Below the pieces are notes generated by a model. The model did not search any database and was not told where the DNA came from. It was given only the letters and a program-made list of their open reading frames with translations. Source: Lingula anatina (taxonomy: Eukaryota; Animalia; Brachiopoda). From it: DNA of 64,000 nucleotides. The position numbers and the translations under genes are program-made. The stretch is taken from positions 2,550,954 through 2,614,953 of the forward strand of contig CM120644.1 in the NCBI GenBank assembly GCA_051362555.1, given 5' to 3'. This document shows positions 1 through 14,500 of this stretch, in pieces (position 1 is the stretch's first letter; each line of letters begins with the position of its first letter).

Positions 1-384
1 GGGAGACAGCGCCGCAAATTGCTGATTGTCTAGCAGAAAATCGATCTAATTAGTTACAGTTCGTTCCAATTTATCGGAAAGAGAATACTAAAGGTCACCG
101 CCGAGCTCGACTTGGAAGTATGCGGGGCAGATTTATTGGAGCACTGGATAAAATCTCGAGTGAATTCTGCAGAGATGTCAAATTGCATACTCAGTTCTAA
201 ATTGATGCTTAACAGTCCCATTTTGAACACTCTTCCACAATCTCGCCTTCTTTTATGTCTGCAACCGTTCTGGAACTCCAGTGTGCAAAAGTAGGCCTAG
301 ATGGTTGCGACCAATAATCGCATTTACTCTTCAACAATCTTTTTTAACAGAGAGGCTTGCTGCAAGTCTGTGTTATCAATAAAC

Positions 385-425
<41 letters not shown>
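385..425. repeat. (TTA)n microsatellite
   Basis: About 13 perfect TTA units. Confidence 0.95.
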
Positions 426-1115
426 GGCGGGCCATTAATGCAAGCAAGGAATCACCAAGGGAACTGTCGTCAAGGTTCAAACATTGTGCACTGATTTGTT
501 TCTCAATTATCTTCATCAATTTGTCGGCGTCAGCTTACCTAATTGTGTTTTTATACATTAATGAACGTTATACGTAATCAAATAGCTGCAGAATTTACCA
601 GACGCCGTGTTTCGTGACGACGTTGCTGTTGCGTGAGAACAATAGTGCAATTAACGAGTCTGAAAATGCTGTTGTATAATTAAGACTCCGCTAAGTGCAG
701 TTTTGCCGTGTGTTGTTCAAGGAGTGCGCAGAGATAGCAATAGATATACTTTGTATCAAGAACAAAGCGGTATTCTTGACTTCAAAGGCAAAATTATGCA
801 CTTAAAATAGGTGCAAGCGCCTACGTGTACGTGCGTGGCCTACTTTCGTTGAAGACGAACTTGCGTTACCGATGGTGGCAACTATAAATTAGAGCCCATA
901 TCTCCTAGAAAAGGTTAAATGTGTCTAGAAACGACGCTTATTCCACATAAGAAATAATAGATTAACCTTTTTATTTTAGTGCAAGTCATATTTTTTCTAG
1001 GTGGAATCCAAACTTCATCTTCCTTGTTATTTACTTCGTAGAACCCTCGGCTTAGATGCTGAATTAATTATTTTTTTCTACAAAACATTTTTTCAATTTC
1101 TTGGCACAATCTTAC

Positions 1116-2331
1116 CTTGCTTGTAAGTTGTCTCGTTAGTTCTCGTACTGACGAGAATGCTGATGTCCAAACTGTCCATGTAGTTGCACATATCCTCTTT
1201 ACAGCACATGATAATTGGCATATCTGGGTTTTGGGTGGCTGGGTTTTGCGCCCTTGCAACGTCCCTTGGCCGATCACAGACGGCGCTTGCTGACTGCGAC
1301 AAACTCTCCATGCATCCGTGAACGGAGCGCGAGAGCGTCGTGTCAAACATCAGCTGCGTGAAGCACTGCCCCCTGGACTTGCACATGTAGCCCGTAGCTA
1401 TACAATGGGGTTCATTGCAGTAGCACCGCACTTCACCTAAAATATCAAAGAATAACAACATTTATAACGCAATCTAATGAATCACGTCAAAATTAAAATA
1501 CATTGTGTTTGATACTACATGAAATTTAGGAATCGCATAATTTAAGACAAGCGTTTTCTGAAATGTTTTGAAAGATGCATCCTAAGATTTATTGCCACGC
1601 CACATTAAATGACAGCCGGGGAATTTTTTCAGACAAAGATAGAACCAGCTTCATCGATGTTGGAACCAATACAAAAAATGTCATAAATGCATTAGCAAAT
1701 GCGTGTAAGCATGTAAAATTGATGACCCCTGTATGTTCGTCAGTCACGCATTGTTTTGAGCAACATTCATCCATTAAGACAGTAGCGTGGCCTAATCACT
1801 GTTTCGAAATACAATAATGCCCAATGACACGTGCCAGGCATTGCAACACGCGATTCATTAGGGTCTGGTCGGCGCGTATTACCCGTGACTGCAGTCAACC
1901 CCATTACAGTTTTTGTGTCGTACTGTAATAAGCAAATTTCATTAGTTTAATGAATATTGGCGTGAACTAAGAAACAAAGTTCGTGTGCGACTTATTTGTC
2001 ATGGATAATTCAAAAAGCCTAATGACAAAAATAGTGGTTGCATTATGTAGTAAAACAAGCTATAACTGCCATAGTTATTCAGGATTCTTTTAGATTAATG
2101 ACTTCGTTATTTCCAGGCTACCTTTGGGCAAAACCTTGAACAATTACAAAATTCATTTTCCATCAGAAGTGTCATCGAGATTTGTGTTCTTAATTATTGT
2201 TAAGTTTTATTTTCAGGGCAATCCCGTTTATCACCCAAGCTATTGCGTGCAAACGTGTTTTTTTTTATTCCCCCCTGGTCCATGAATTTGAAATCCTAGG
2301 GTGAACAGACAACATAAAAACACCGTCACAC

Positions 2332-2370
<39 letters not shown>

Positions 2371-5300
2371 GGGGTCAATCCCTCTTCCACTCTGTGCACT
2401 ATCAGTTCTTATATTGTAATCCTTTATTGCAGAGTTTCGTAGCCGTAAATATTGGAGTACCGGTTATTAAGTCCACCCCCCCCCCCACCCCCACCTTTCC
2501 TTCCCCTCCAGACAACGTGTCTCCGGGTTATCACCCTTATCAGCCGGCCGCACACAGAACAATCAGTCAAATTGTCAAATGTCACCAAGCAATCCCGTGT
2601 GAGCGTGACAGAGCGGCCGTGTCACCACACAAGGTGTTATCAGCGGCTGATACCATTTTGTTTGTGACAGCGTGCTCCACCCGACAGAGGGCGCTTATCT
2701 TTGACGTAATCACGGCTGAGGAAGAGGCGGGTGAAAGGCATTGGGAAGAGACGAGAGTGACACCCGACTTTTTTTTATTTTTATTTTTTTTTTTAAATTT
2801 TTTTTTTTGATATCTGAAAATATTATTTTGGAGCTTTTTTGTAGCCTGTTTGTTTTAAAATCTTTCTTTTAAGAAAATCTTTCTTAAAAGAATAGAAGAA
2901 ATCTCTCTCTCTCTCTCTCTCTCTCTCTACACTATAAAGGTAAATACTTTTCTCTTCGTTGTGTCGTTTCTCTGTAAGTATCATACACCTATGCATACAA
3001 TGAAAATGGTTGGAGGCCAATCACAGCGAAGCCAATCGTTACTTAAAAATTCCTCCGTTCGCTACACCAGTAATTGCCTCTCATAAAGAAACATTACGCT
3101 AACAATGGACGTCATGTTCCCATACAATTTTCCCTTTGAATTCAAGAAAATTACTCTTCGGCTTATCAGTATTCTGCTTCAGTAGCTGACACTATTTAAG
3201 CGAAAAGAAGCACTTTAAAAAATCTTTATTTTTTTTTCAGCTAAGAGCTGACATTCTCAAGAGAATGGTATTAAAATAGAAGCACTATTTCTCGTGCCAG
3301 CGGGGATTTAAGAGAAGATAAGGTAGTGGAGAAAAGGAATTTTCACATCCAAAGATTTCTGTCAAGTACCATTTTATTTCCGAACCAACGAATTTGCTTG
3401 GTAATATATTGACACGTTTTCTAATTCGGCGCGAAGCTTCACTTTCTTCCAGAGGGCAACAGGGAGATTTTTTTCAGAGAAATATCAATAAATACCTGGC
3501 GAAAAAAATTCCCTCTATGACCCTATTGAAGGGTGGCTATGCACTATGGAAAAATGTGTATGTACACAGTGACTTCTTTCAATATCACCTCTAAGATTCA
3601 AACTTGCACCGAATGACGATTCAGTACTTTTATACATAATATGACAACGCAAAATACAAAAAGGCTACACATGAAGTATTCACTAATAATAGGTTAGGAG
3701 CAGAATCCGCCTCGAGGTTGAATTCCCTGTGAAAGTTCTCAAAGAATTAAGGTCGAAAGATCTTTCCTTCATAAAATTTACTATTTTCAGGGCAAGGGTC
3801 GGCCCTCCCCATTGCGGCAGACGACTAGATGTTTTCGGTGCTAGAAGGATGTCTTATACCTCCCCCCCTCCCCTATATCAGGAAAAATCACAGTGGATTT
3901 GAGTTTTGATAGCAGCGTTTTCAGCGGTGCGGTATCTTTCATTCGCATAACGGTCGACTTGTGTTGAAATCGCAAACTAAGTTTTTCCTCCTATAGAAAT
4001 TTCTAGTTAGAACTACTAAAAACACTGTTTGAGAACCAGGTGGTGTGCATTGCCACTTCCACCATTTCTTTCTGCAACATGAGGTTTTGTTAATTTAATT
4101 TCCGATGAACGCCTCGTGTCCTTATCTGTCTTTAAGCGTCTCTAATCCACTCTATTTTAACAAGACAATTTGAAGATGATTTGATTCGATAGTTGGTCGA
4201 CATTGCATTTATCGGTTTTCCTTCTTTGTTCGGTATAAAAACCAAAATCCGTGCAATCTGCATTTCTGTGATTTTGCTCATGGGGGTTTTCGTCATTTTC
4301 CCCGCCGTAATCCTCCACGTTCATCCAAAGTAGTATTGTGGTATACATGACTGATGAAAAAGGAATCTTATACCAGAGTTCCACTAAAGTCCCGTTTTCT
4401 CAAATGATTGATTAAGATCGCATTCATACTCCTTTTCTCTGTTCCCTTCGTTTTAGCAACCATCCCCCGTAAAACTAGCGTTTTAAGATGACTGATTGCC
4501 ATCGATTCGCCGATGACAGAAGGCGGGGTTGATCTGTAATGCGTTTGGACGTGTGGGGAGATCTCGCTGATGATTAGAGAGGCTAGGTAATGATCGTGTG
4601 GAAATGCGTCATTGCCAATCACAGCACTATTTTCTCACATAACGGCAATAAACCCAGTATCTTTTTATTGATACCCTCTTTCACACGGCTGCACATAAGA
4701 TCGTCCGGTATAACCCTCTGGTTCAAGGGTCTGTATAAGGCCGCATTCAGAACAGGGGACTAACTAGTCCGAGAGTCAAATATGGCGACCCACTACAAAG
4801 CTTGCCGTCTAATCCTCTTATAAACACTGAATATAGATACCCCTCGGGGAAGTGTTCAAGTGGGTCGGCCATATTTGACCCTCGGACTAGTTAGTCCACC
4901 GTTGTGAACGTGGCCTAAGAACCTCTTATACACTTCCTTGGGCAACTTCCACAAAAGGACATTAGGGAGATAACAGCATCAGTAAAGAAACGGAACACCA
5001 AGACTCAGAAAGTTCTTTACCGGTTACCGATATCCAGAATATTCAGCAGTTCAATTCAAGGTGGGCCCTGCTGCTGTTATGTGAAGCCAAATAATTTGGG
5101 AACCGCGGCGGAAAAGATGTAACCTAATTAACCAGAGCAGGATAACTGCCTCCTGGGAAAGTTATGTCCGTCTTCACGCATGTCGGGCACAGGTTTCACT
5201 AAAGATCGTTACTCCCCCCTTCCCCCCCCCCCCAAAAAAAAAAAGGTCTTAAACATCAGATCAAATATTTGGACAACTTCATTTTCAGATTGATCCATAG

Positions 5301-8300
5301 TTATCCATTCATATAATATATGACCTGCAAAAATCAGCCACAAAAATCTCCCTTGTTATCTTGATGTCCCATTCAATTAGACTACAGCTGATTTATTTTG
5401 AGTCAAAGGTGACGAAAACTTTGGTCAAAACACGTAGAACAATTTTCAAACCAAATTTCCTTTATGATACAAGCCTCTGGAACTCTGCGAAAGGGATAAC
5501 ATTCGCCGAATTCTGTGGAGGGGGGAACAGGTCGATAAGAACCGGTTGAAGAGGTTCCTATTTTTTTAAATCTTTTTCTTCTCCAGGACACTCAGTAATA
5601 ACCCGGTGGTAAACAAACCCAGTCCTGCGCTTGATTTATGGTTTCAAACCCAGATCTGATGAGCGAGGTTTATGTAGCGTAAAAGACCGCTTGCCTGCTA
5701 TTCATCTCACGGCAACTAAAAACCAAACCGGAGCCTAATAACTCTTTAAAAGCTTCCATTTCGGAGTGTGGGCAGTTTTATGGTATAAGGTGATGCTGGA
5801 CGCTCACGGAGAAAACGGGCCGGGCGGAGAAGATCGCGCTCTGGGAAAACTACCCTGAATCTCCTACGTCACTTGTAACTCATCTCCGTTATAACAACAG
5901 TCTTTTCTATAATGGAGGCGAGTATTCGGTGACTTTTGACATTCAGGGTAGAAGAAGCCGGGAGACTGAGGAGAAACAACAAGTTCGGGAGAAATAAAGC
6001 GCATTCCTTCCAAACTGTGATGTATTTTTAAAAGCGTGTTTTTTCGAGTCTTTACTGTGGGGGATGGGAATATATAGGTGAAACGTCGTTCTTGTCACAT
6101 CTTGTTTGCAACTGCTTCTCCTCTGAAGAGCATTGACTTGGGGGATTTGGCCACATTCCACAGAAATTGCGTTGCTTTCTATCTTCTAAAGATGTAACAC
6201 TCCCCCAGCTCAGCGTCGGTGTGTGCGATGTATGTAACATTTAGCAGAGAAGTGGCATTAAAATATTTCTTGAAAGTACCCAAGCCTACTTAAGCTGTTT
6301 GGCCTCGCGATATGGGCCATTTTTCCGTACATTTTCGGTGCCATACACATCAATCTTTATATCTAACCAGAGCAAAGAAAATGCCCGCTCTAAGAGCCTT
6401 GGCGCCTGCAGAGACGAAGGAAATTATTCAAACTTATGCACCGACTTCCTCGCCCTAAGTGCTTCGGCAGGACGATGGGCTCTCACTTTTCTGGCGCGTT
6501 AAAACACCCAAAAAAACTGTACTGATTTAGTACCAAATGATGTCACTGAACGATTTAAGCCATTGAACAACCAACATTTGCTTTAAAAATTTAACCCCAG
6601 TGAGTGCGAGACGTCGACAGGGATCGACATTTCCCCTCCATGAAAAGCATAATACTCTAATGGCAACGTTTTAAAGGAAACGGCGTTCGCAGCGGTCAGT
6701 AATTCCCCCTCTTACGTCAACGGACAAGACAGGAGCGTTTAAGTGACCACTTAGGGACCTGTACTTTGCTGGTCACTCAGCCCCAACAATGGACCTAACG
6801 ACTGACCCTCGGTCACTGGGTGCAGGCTCATTACCGTTTACTGGCCATAATGATACAGTAATGATCGTAATGACTGCACGGCGCCTACCACACAATAACG
6901 TCACGTCCTGGTTCCCCCGCAGACGAATATTACAGTATTAAGTGATTTTTTTCCTATCTGGATTCGACCTGTAGACTACCAATTTGACCCTTAACTACGA
7001 GTTAATTTCTGTCCGGAGTTATGGAAGTTTATGAAATCGTGTGTCATAGAGCCTGTCTGGTTTGATTGAAGTTGTCAAAAGAGAAGGGGGTTTAATTGTT
7101 TATATTGTGCAATGTTTACAACTTTGAACCTGTATCTGTTGTTTATAAAGCCACACAAAGAAAGGTACATTATAATGACAACAAATAGCAATAAATTGAG
7201 TCAAATAATCGACCTGGTCAAGATATATCTGGATTTTTATTTATTTATTTATGTATTTATTTTTTTATTTATTATTGAATGGCAACCATGTCACTGGCAT
7301 CATACATTTGGGGAAAATACCGAGGATGCTATCAAACAACGTTCCAAACATTCGTCCCTTGTGACTTTGAATTTTAGCCACGTCCACCTACAGACTCTAC
7401 AGACTCTACAGTGCATTATTCTGTCTCATTGTCATCTTACAGAAACCTCCTCTGGCCGAGTTACACAACTTAACAAAGCATCATTTAAACAAATGCAATA
7501 TCGATCCACTATGGAAAAATGATCACCAATATTAAATGACGACGCTGTTTTGCTAGATCGATTTAAAACAAATATTGTTGGCACTTTTAGTTGTTCTTTA
7601 ATTATTTATTTATTTTCCCTCCAAACGCTACAATACAAGCCCTCCTCAAGAGAAGCGACTGCCCTCTAACGTAATCTCGCAGCTTCTCGTGTTTATGAAG
7701 CTTGTAATAATTGCCGAAGACAAGATGGTAAAAACAGCTTGAGGACCTGACTTTGAAGTTGCGGATAAACTTCATGGTGGGATTGAGTTATCTGTGCAAA
7801 CCTCCGTAGGGCCAAACAACCGTGCGTTCATCCTTGTATTAAAAACAAGTCGTCTAAATCCAAACAGTAATGCGCTGGTTCATCTAAGATCTAGACTAGC
7901 CTTGTGGAGTTCGCTGGGCGAATTTCAACATGAAAGAATTATCTCATTTATAAAATTAATCCCTGAAAGAAGTCTAGTGCTTTTATTTGCCAGTGTCCAT
8001 GCCCAATATATCTCGTACGCTGCTACATAAACACACACGTGCTTGAAGATGCACAAGCACAGTAATATAGAAATATGCACAGCGGTTGTTGAACCTTTGC
8101 TTAAAACGCATAACGCTCACACAAGAATAAACACACGCATACTTGTGGACCAACAAACCCACATATATATATATATATACCTATATAAAGATTCAACCAT
8201 AAAGCAATTCGGTTATGTGTTATGGTATCTCTTTCATTGTCGAAACAAACAAATATCGTTAGAATACCTGGCAAATCTACCAAAGCTAACCAAGACGAAA

Positions 8301-10839
8301 AGCTGCACACACCCCCCCCCCCCCCCAAGGAGTGTATCCAAAGACTTTATAGGACGTCACCCTGAGCAATGGATAGCAATATAACTCTCAGACAAAAGAC
8401 AATTCCCAGTCTTAAAATATATGCTAGATGACAGCCCATATCGTGTACGTCAACAAAGACAATGGTATGGTCGACGTGACTGCACGCGCGGCAGAGTGTC
8501 GCCGCAGTGGCGCGAGGGGCGGTCTCGGGGGCCACGTGAAAGATATCGTGGCATGGATCTAGTCTAGTCTTGGGAAAAATTGTCATTTGTTACATATAAA
8601 CTGTGACAATAGCTTGATGCAGATAAGGTTGACAAGTTGACTCCCTATCAACACTGAATGAAGCGTGCTTTTTACGCAAAGCAAAAAAAAAAAAGTTGCA
8701 ATTTAGATTTAAAATTAATCTGCGACCAACCTTCAAGACTCCATAGCAAGATGTCTTTCCTTAAATTATCTATGTAATTATTAACAGACTTCAGTCTTTT
8801 TGCATCCAGGACATTACACATGTTACACAAGAGTGTCATTCTACGTTACAATATACATGACATATCATTGCCTCCTTTTAAGGTTCTCTCCTAAGAAATC
8901 GTACATGAGAGAGGCCAAACGGCACATGCTGCACCTACACCAAGTCCACCCCCCCCCCCCCCCCTCGTCTGGGCTACACAAAGAAAGTCGGTATCTGAAA
9001 CAAAACATTGTTTGCTCTGCAATGCAAACTAAGTATAAGGACCTATATCGTGTGAAAAGCACAGATAATAGTGACTAACGTTCCTTAGATGTGCATCGAA
9101 AAAAATTGCTGAGAAAAAACGCCACAAGCCTTACTACAAGAGCGGTCTCTGACAATGCATATACGGATATTGTATTGTATTGTATTGTATTGTATTGTAT
9201 TGTATTGTACTGTACGTTACTGTCTCCCTGTATAATTCACAGATCCCTTAGTTACAACCGAAGACTCGTCACCGCATTAAAAAACGACAAAAACCCAATG
9301 AGCACCACCGGTCAATATGAACTGGATTATTCATCATTCCTGATGAGAAAATCGGAAACTTTCACTATAACTACACAGAAGCGGCGACAGTACGGCGACC
9401 AGGAAGGGCGCACAGTCATCCGTGGACGACGATTGTGCAACCTAAGGATTAGGCTGTGCAGTGCCTCGGCTATTTATCTAGAATTCATTTCCATAATATT
9501 AGTGCCTCGAAACACCTAGCTACTTGTGTTACACGTTTAAGTGAAAGAGAAAACAAAAAACAACACAAAGTGCATACACTTTTTTTATCATCTAGTCACA
9601 GTAGAATACAGGTTCCATTGCATTATATTATTATTATTGTTGTTGTTGTTGTTGTTGTTATTATTATTTGATCAAATAATATCCTCAAATGTACTTGTAA
9701 ATCTATAATCAAAACAAATTAAAACAAATCAAAGTTACTGGCGGTGTTGATTTTTTTCTATTTATTCCTCAGCAAGAAGTAGCAAATAAAGGGACGGCAA
9801 GTATCCCCCCCCCCCCACCACCACCACCATTACGTCACTGCAACATAAACAACATACATCCCTAACGTCGAGCCACAGACTTTGCTGTTAGTTTAGCGTC
9901 TAGCCGCTCCAGCTAGTAATTAATGTAGGCACCAATGCATTCGATTGTTCATTAATTCCAGTAACTACCGTTGGAGTTCGCTCATCTGTGCGGGAAGGGG
10001 GCCCTAATTAATCTTCACCGTGCAAAAAGCTCACCTTTTTCTGTTACCCTCTCTCGCAGGAGCCCCCAAAAAATGACAGTCTTGTCAAACAAAGGCATAG
10101 CGTTTTTATCTATATACCAGGACCATAGATGATTACATTTATGTACACTATTGCTTACTAATTTAACTTATTACTTATTACAATATTTCAGCATAGATAA
10201 TCGGTAGACAACTTAACCAACATCTCCAACTTCATTTCAACACAATTTATGCTGAAATCCCTTCCTCAGACCTTTTATAACAACAGCAGACTCCTAGAGG
10301 TTATATACTATGACAGGAATAGTTCTTTAACCAGTCGTATTATTATTATTATTAGCGGCCATGAGATACATGACGCTCAAGGTATATAGTCTACAAGATA
10401 CAGACAAAAGCGGAGCACCGTAATCTAGTGGGGAAGGGGGGTATATAAGGAAACTGAAACCTACATAAAGATAGGGAAAAGAGCTATAACAGAAAGTACC
10501 AGGTTCTGTGCGACAGCGGGTACGGTTTACGTTGTCGCACCCATTCAATGCGTGCATAAACAAAGGAAGAGAGGCTCCACTCAGGGAAGTGTCGGGTCCT
10601 CTGTGATTAGAGGGTACAATTAATGTTGACGCAGCCATTACATGTGCATTCAGAAGTCAGATCCACCTCTGATTACACTGTTTGTACACCATATCGCATC
10701 CTATGCACGTGAAAGGAAATTAGTTTACACTGGGTTCAGAGTCAAGCAAGCTAGCCCGAGTCAAGAGAGGGATTAACAACCTCTCACTAAGTGTGCCTGG
10801 GTATAAATAATACTCTCTTGATAATCAGAAGAGCGACCT

Positions 10840-10880
<41 letters not shown>

Positions 10881-11226
10881 GGTGTGTGTGTGTGTGTGTG
10901 TGTGTGCGTGCCATCGCCAGCGCGTGTGTCCATGTGTGTTTGTTCTTATCTCTGACGACACATTAAATTTTGCAAGCTATTCCAATACGTGCTAATACTG
11001 AACACAGTCCCAAGACTTATCACGGACGGGCATATAATGAACAACATACGTGACTATGACCTAACCCTTTCCGTATCTTATCAGACACAGCTCTGATTTA
11101 AACCTTCTCTGTATCTCTTATCACGTGGGGGGAGAGAGTTACGGGGCATATTTATGTTATGTGTTATGGCACCCTATCCTTGATAGTGCCCCCCCCCCAC
11201 ACACACACCTCTCACCTCTCTCTCTA

Positions 11227-11264
<38 letters not shown>

Positions 11265-11531
11265 GAGCTATATGCCATACTTCTCTCCTTGCAAAAAGTC
11301 GACGTTAACAACACGCAGATCGGTCCTTTCTCTACTTTACCTATACCGACAGGTGAATTTGTCCGAACGAAAAGAAAGAGCGAGAGAGATGGGAGTAGGG
11401 AAGGAAAGAAAGAAACACAAATAGCATGGCACATGTCGATGAACAGGAAATCCCTGTAAATTCCTCAGATAAATCATCAAAGAGGGAAAGAGAAGAGAAT
11501 GAGAGAAAAGAGAGGGAGGGTGAGAAGGTGG

Positions 11532-11570
<39 letters not shown>

Positions 11571-14500
11571 TTTATTTGTGACCCCACACAATCAAGTTTA
11601 ATCCCGTGTGGTTTTTGAGCTCGATAGCTGGCCACACAATGTCGCGTCCACCTTGTCTCCGAGTAATATTTGACCGTTAAACACTGGAGCACTTCAGCGT
11701 TCTAGGGTTACCAGAGAACACCGGCTGAGTGCCGGGGAGCTATCGACTGACATGTCATGACGGTGTCAAAATGGCCGTCTTCTTGCTTTTCCCACGACGC
11801 GTCCACAAACAGACGACAGATTTGGTAACAAGATATGAGATCACATCACGCCTAATGGAGTCGAACGGATCTGCACTTGTTTCACTTTCGATAAATGTGC
11901 CCCTTTTTTCGTTGAATAATTAAAGAGTTGAAGATCGGTGTTTGACAAGTAATATTTTTGTTTTGGAAACTGACATTTGCTTTTTTTTTCTTTTCTGTTG
12001 AAAATAAAAGCGTTACTCATCATACTATTTCCCTTTCTTCTTTACCCTCCCCTTTTTTGTCTCCTCCTTGATTACCTAAATCATACTTAAAATTGATTTA
12101 CTACCTATTTTCTCTGATAATCGAGATATTTTAGTCTTGCTCTTCACGGTCTCCACAATCCGGCAAGAGCCCATTTTATCCATATTAACGTTTCGATTTC
12201 ATAAACATATCATCGCGGATCAATCTTGCTTGTAATTATACAAGAAATCCCGTTCATTTAATCCAACAAGGGCCATAAAGAAAAACATTAAAACGGATTA
12301 CATTATCACCAAATAAATTTATCCCCGAGTCAATATGATTTTCACCTGTCATAAGCACACCTGAAGACCTCATTAAGGGCGACAAACAGACCACAGGGCT
12401 TTAAGTCCCCGGCTAGCGTCGTTATTGCTAATTACTCAGGCGACAGCGCGGATTAGGTGGCAGACAGACAGCAAAATCTCTTGTTTAAGTGGTAACGCGG
12501 CAGGTGACAGTAATTGACGAACGCTTTGATGAGCTATTTCCTTGGATGACACTTACGATGTCCTTTCAGGTGATAGAGAGGCGTAGTGGGTTAATAAATG
12601 GAATAGGGAAGGTCTCTCTCTCACTCTGTCTCTCTCTCTCTCTCTACGTGCGTGTGTGTGTATTTGTGTATGTGCATCATGTAAGTGTCACACACAGCTG
12701 TCCTTAGTCTCTCTGAATTCTTTTGGTAAAATAAAACTGTCTCATAAAAGGCAGGCCATAACTTAAAATAGTCTCCACCATCCGCTGAATAAATACAGAT
12801 ATTTTCACCTCATTCATTGTGCCGTCTCGAGTGCCGGTCCCTGCCCACTTGTTTTGTGCTAGCTCTCCTGTGGTATCACTGTCAAGGATGGGTATTCATC
12901 TGTATTCACGATGGACGCGACTACACCGGCGACAACATCACTCGAATATACAAACGCGGGGAGAGGGGCGGGCAAGACGCTGGATGGGGAGAGGGGCAAT
13001 TGTCTTGGGGGGGGGGGGTGTCATCGCTAGGCTTCAGTGATATTTTGAATTTCATTTTAGAAATATTGTATATATCAATAAAGAATTACCTTTTCTGACT
13101 GAGATTCTATTGCTAATCATCAACGATCTCTTGTCAGATTCGCTTTAAGGGCTTATATTATTATTTTTAAAACAGGTAAGTGAACGCAATGAAAGGTGAA
13201 CAAAGTTATTCAAGTTTTGACAAACGCACATTTTAATACTCATTCGCGGTGGAGACGCTCATTGACCAAAATCGTCTTTCGCTGCCACGTCTCCCACGTG
13301 GAGTCCTTCAGAGATATGCGCCCAAAATACACCTATCATTTTATAGCTGATAAACATCCGATTTGATAGTTTTAATACTTCATTCCGCAAATTCCATATT
13401 ATTTATCACAGATTCGTTTCCTTTCTGGCGTTGCCATATCAAGCGGTGTGAATGTGTCAAGCACCCGCTGTCTGGCAGGTCGACGTAAGGCAAAGTAATC
13501 GAACGTCAGGATAATAAAGCTGTAGGGGCTGTGTTTATGTACCCATGGCTCAAGTCCGAGTGCTCAAGGATAACCATGCCTCACATTGAAAATATTTAGA
13601 CAGAGGTTAACCTTCTCATTTTATACCCACGTCAAGGAGTCTCCAGCGTTTCCCCCCCTGCCCTCCCCCCTCCCCCAAAAAACTCATATCAGTTTAGGCA
13701 AAAGATTACCTAAGTATCTAATACTGATAATGAAGAGATACCAGGGAATATTTCATATATGGTCAGCTAGGAATGCAAGATGACCTACAAGACCTTACAT
13801 TAATTTACGTACGATTTCTTTGTATACAAAAACTAATCTGCCACTCTTTATATGCCTCCCACAAAGAAAAGTGGGCAACATGTCCTTATGGATGTGGAGG
13901 TTTATCGTGTTCATATATTTATATGTACAAATATATATTAACCGGGTCTTCAGTACACGAAGCATAAAAAGATTTTATAAATAGCGTTCAGCTTCACACC
14001 AGAGGCCCTTTAAAGGCAACCGTTCTCCGCGTCAAGAACCCGTGGAACAATACCGGAGTTTGTCACAGCCTGATCCACAGGGTCATTACCGCTAAAGACT
14101 CCCCCATTACCGATGACAGCGTCTATGGAGAGGGGAAGAAAGGGTCCCCTTACGGGTCACGGCGTCCAAAGACATTTACGAAGGGCACATTTTCGGTTTT
14201 CTTCGTATCCAAATCTTTGCACTTACGCAGTGCAACAAAGATGATTGAAGAAGATTGATTCTTAAAATTCATATTAATGTGTGTGATTGTAGACGGGAAG
14301 ATTGTCATTAAAGGCAGATAGAATGCTTTGACATTTAATAGCGATAATTTTGAAATCCTGGACGGCCGTCATGATACAGATAAAATGAACAAGCAACAAA
14401 AGACAGGCCAACACGTGAAGAAAAGAAAGAAATCAAACATAAAAACTTCATATATCACCTATTTTCCAGGTCTATCTTGAACCTAATATTAAACTGCCAC

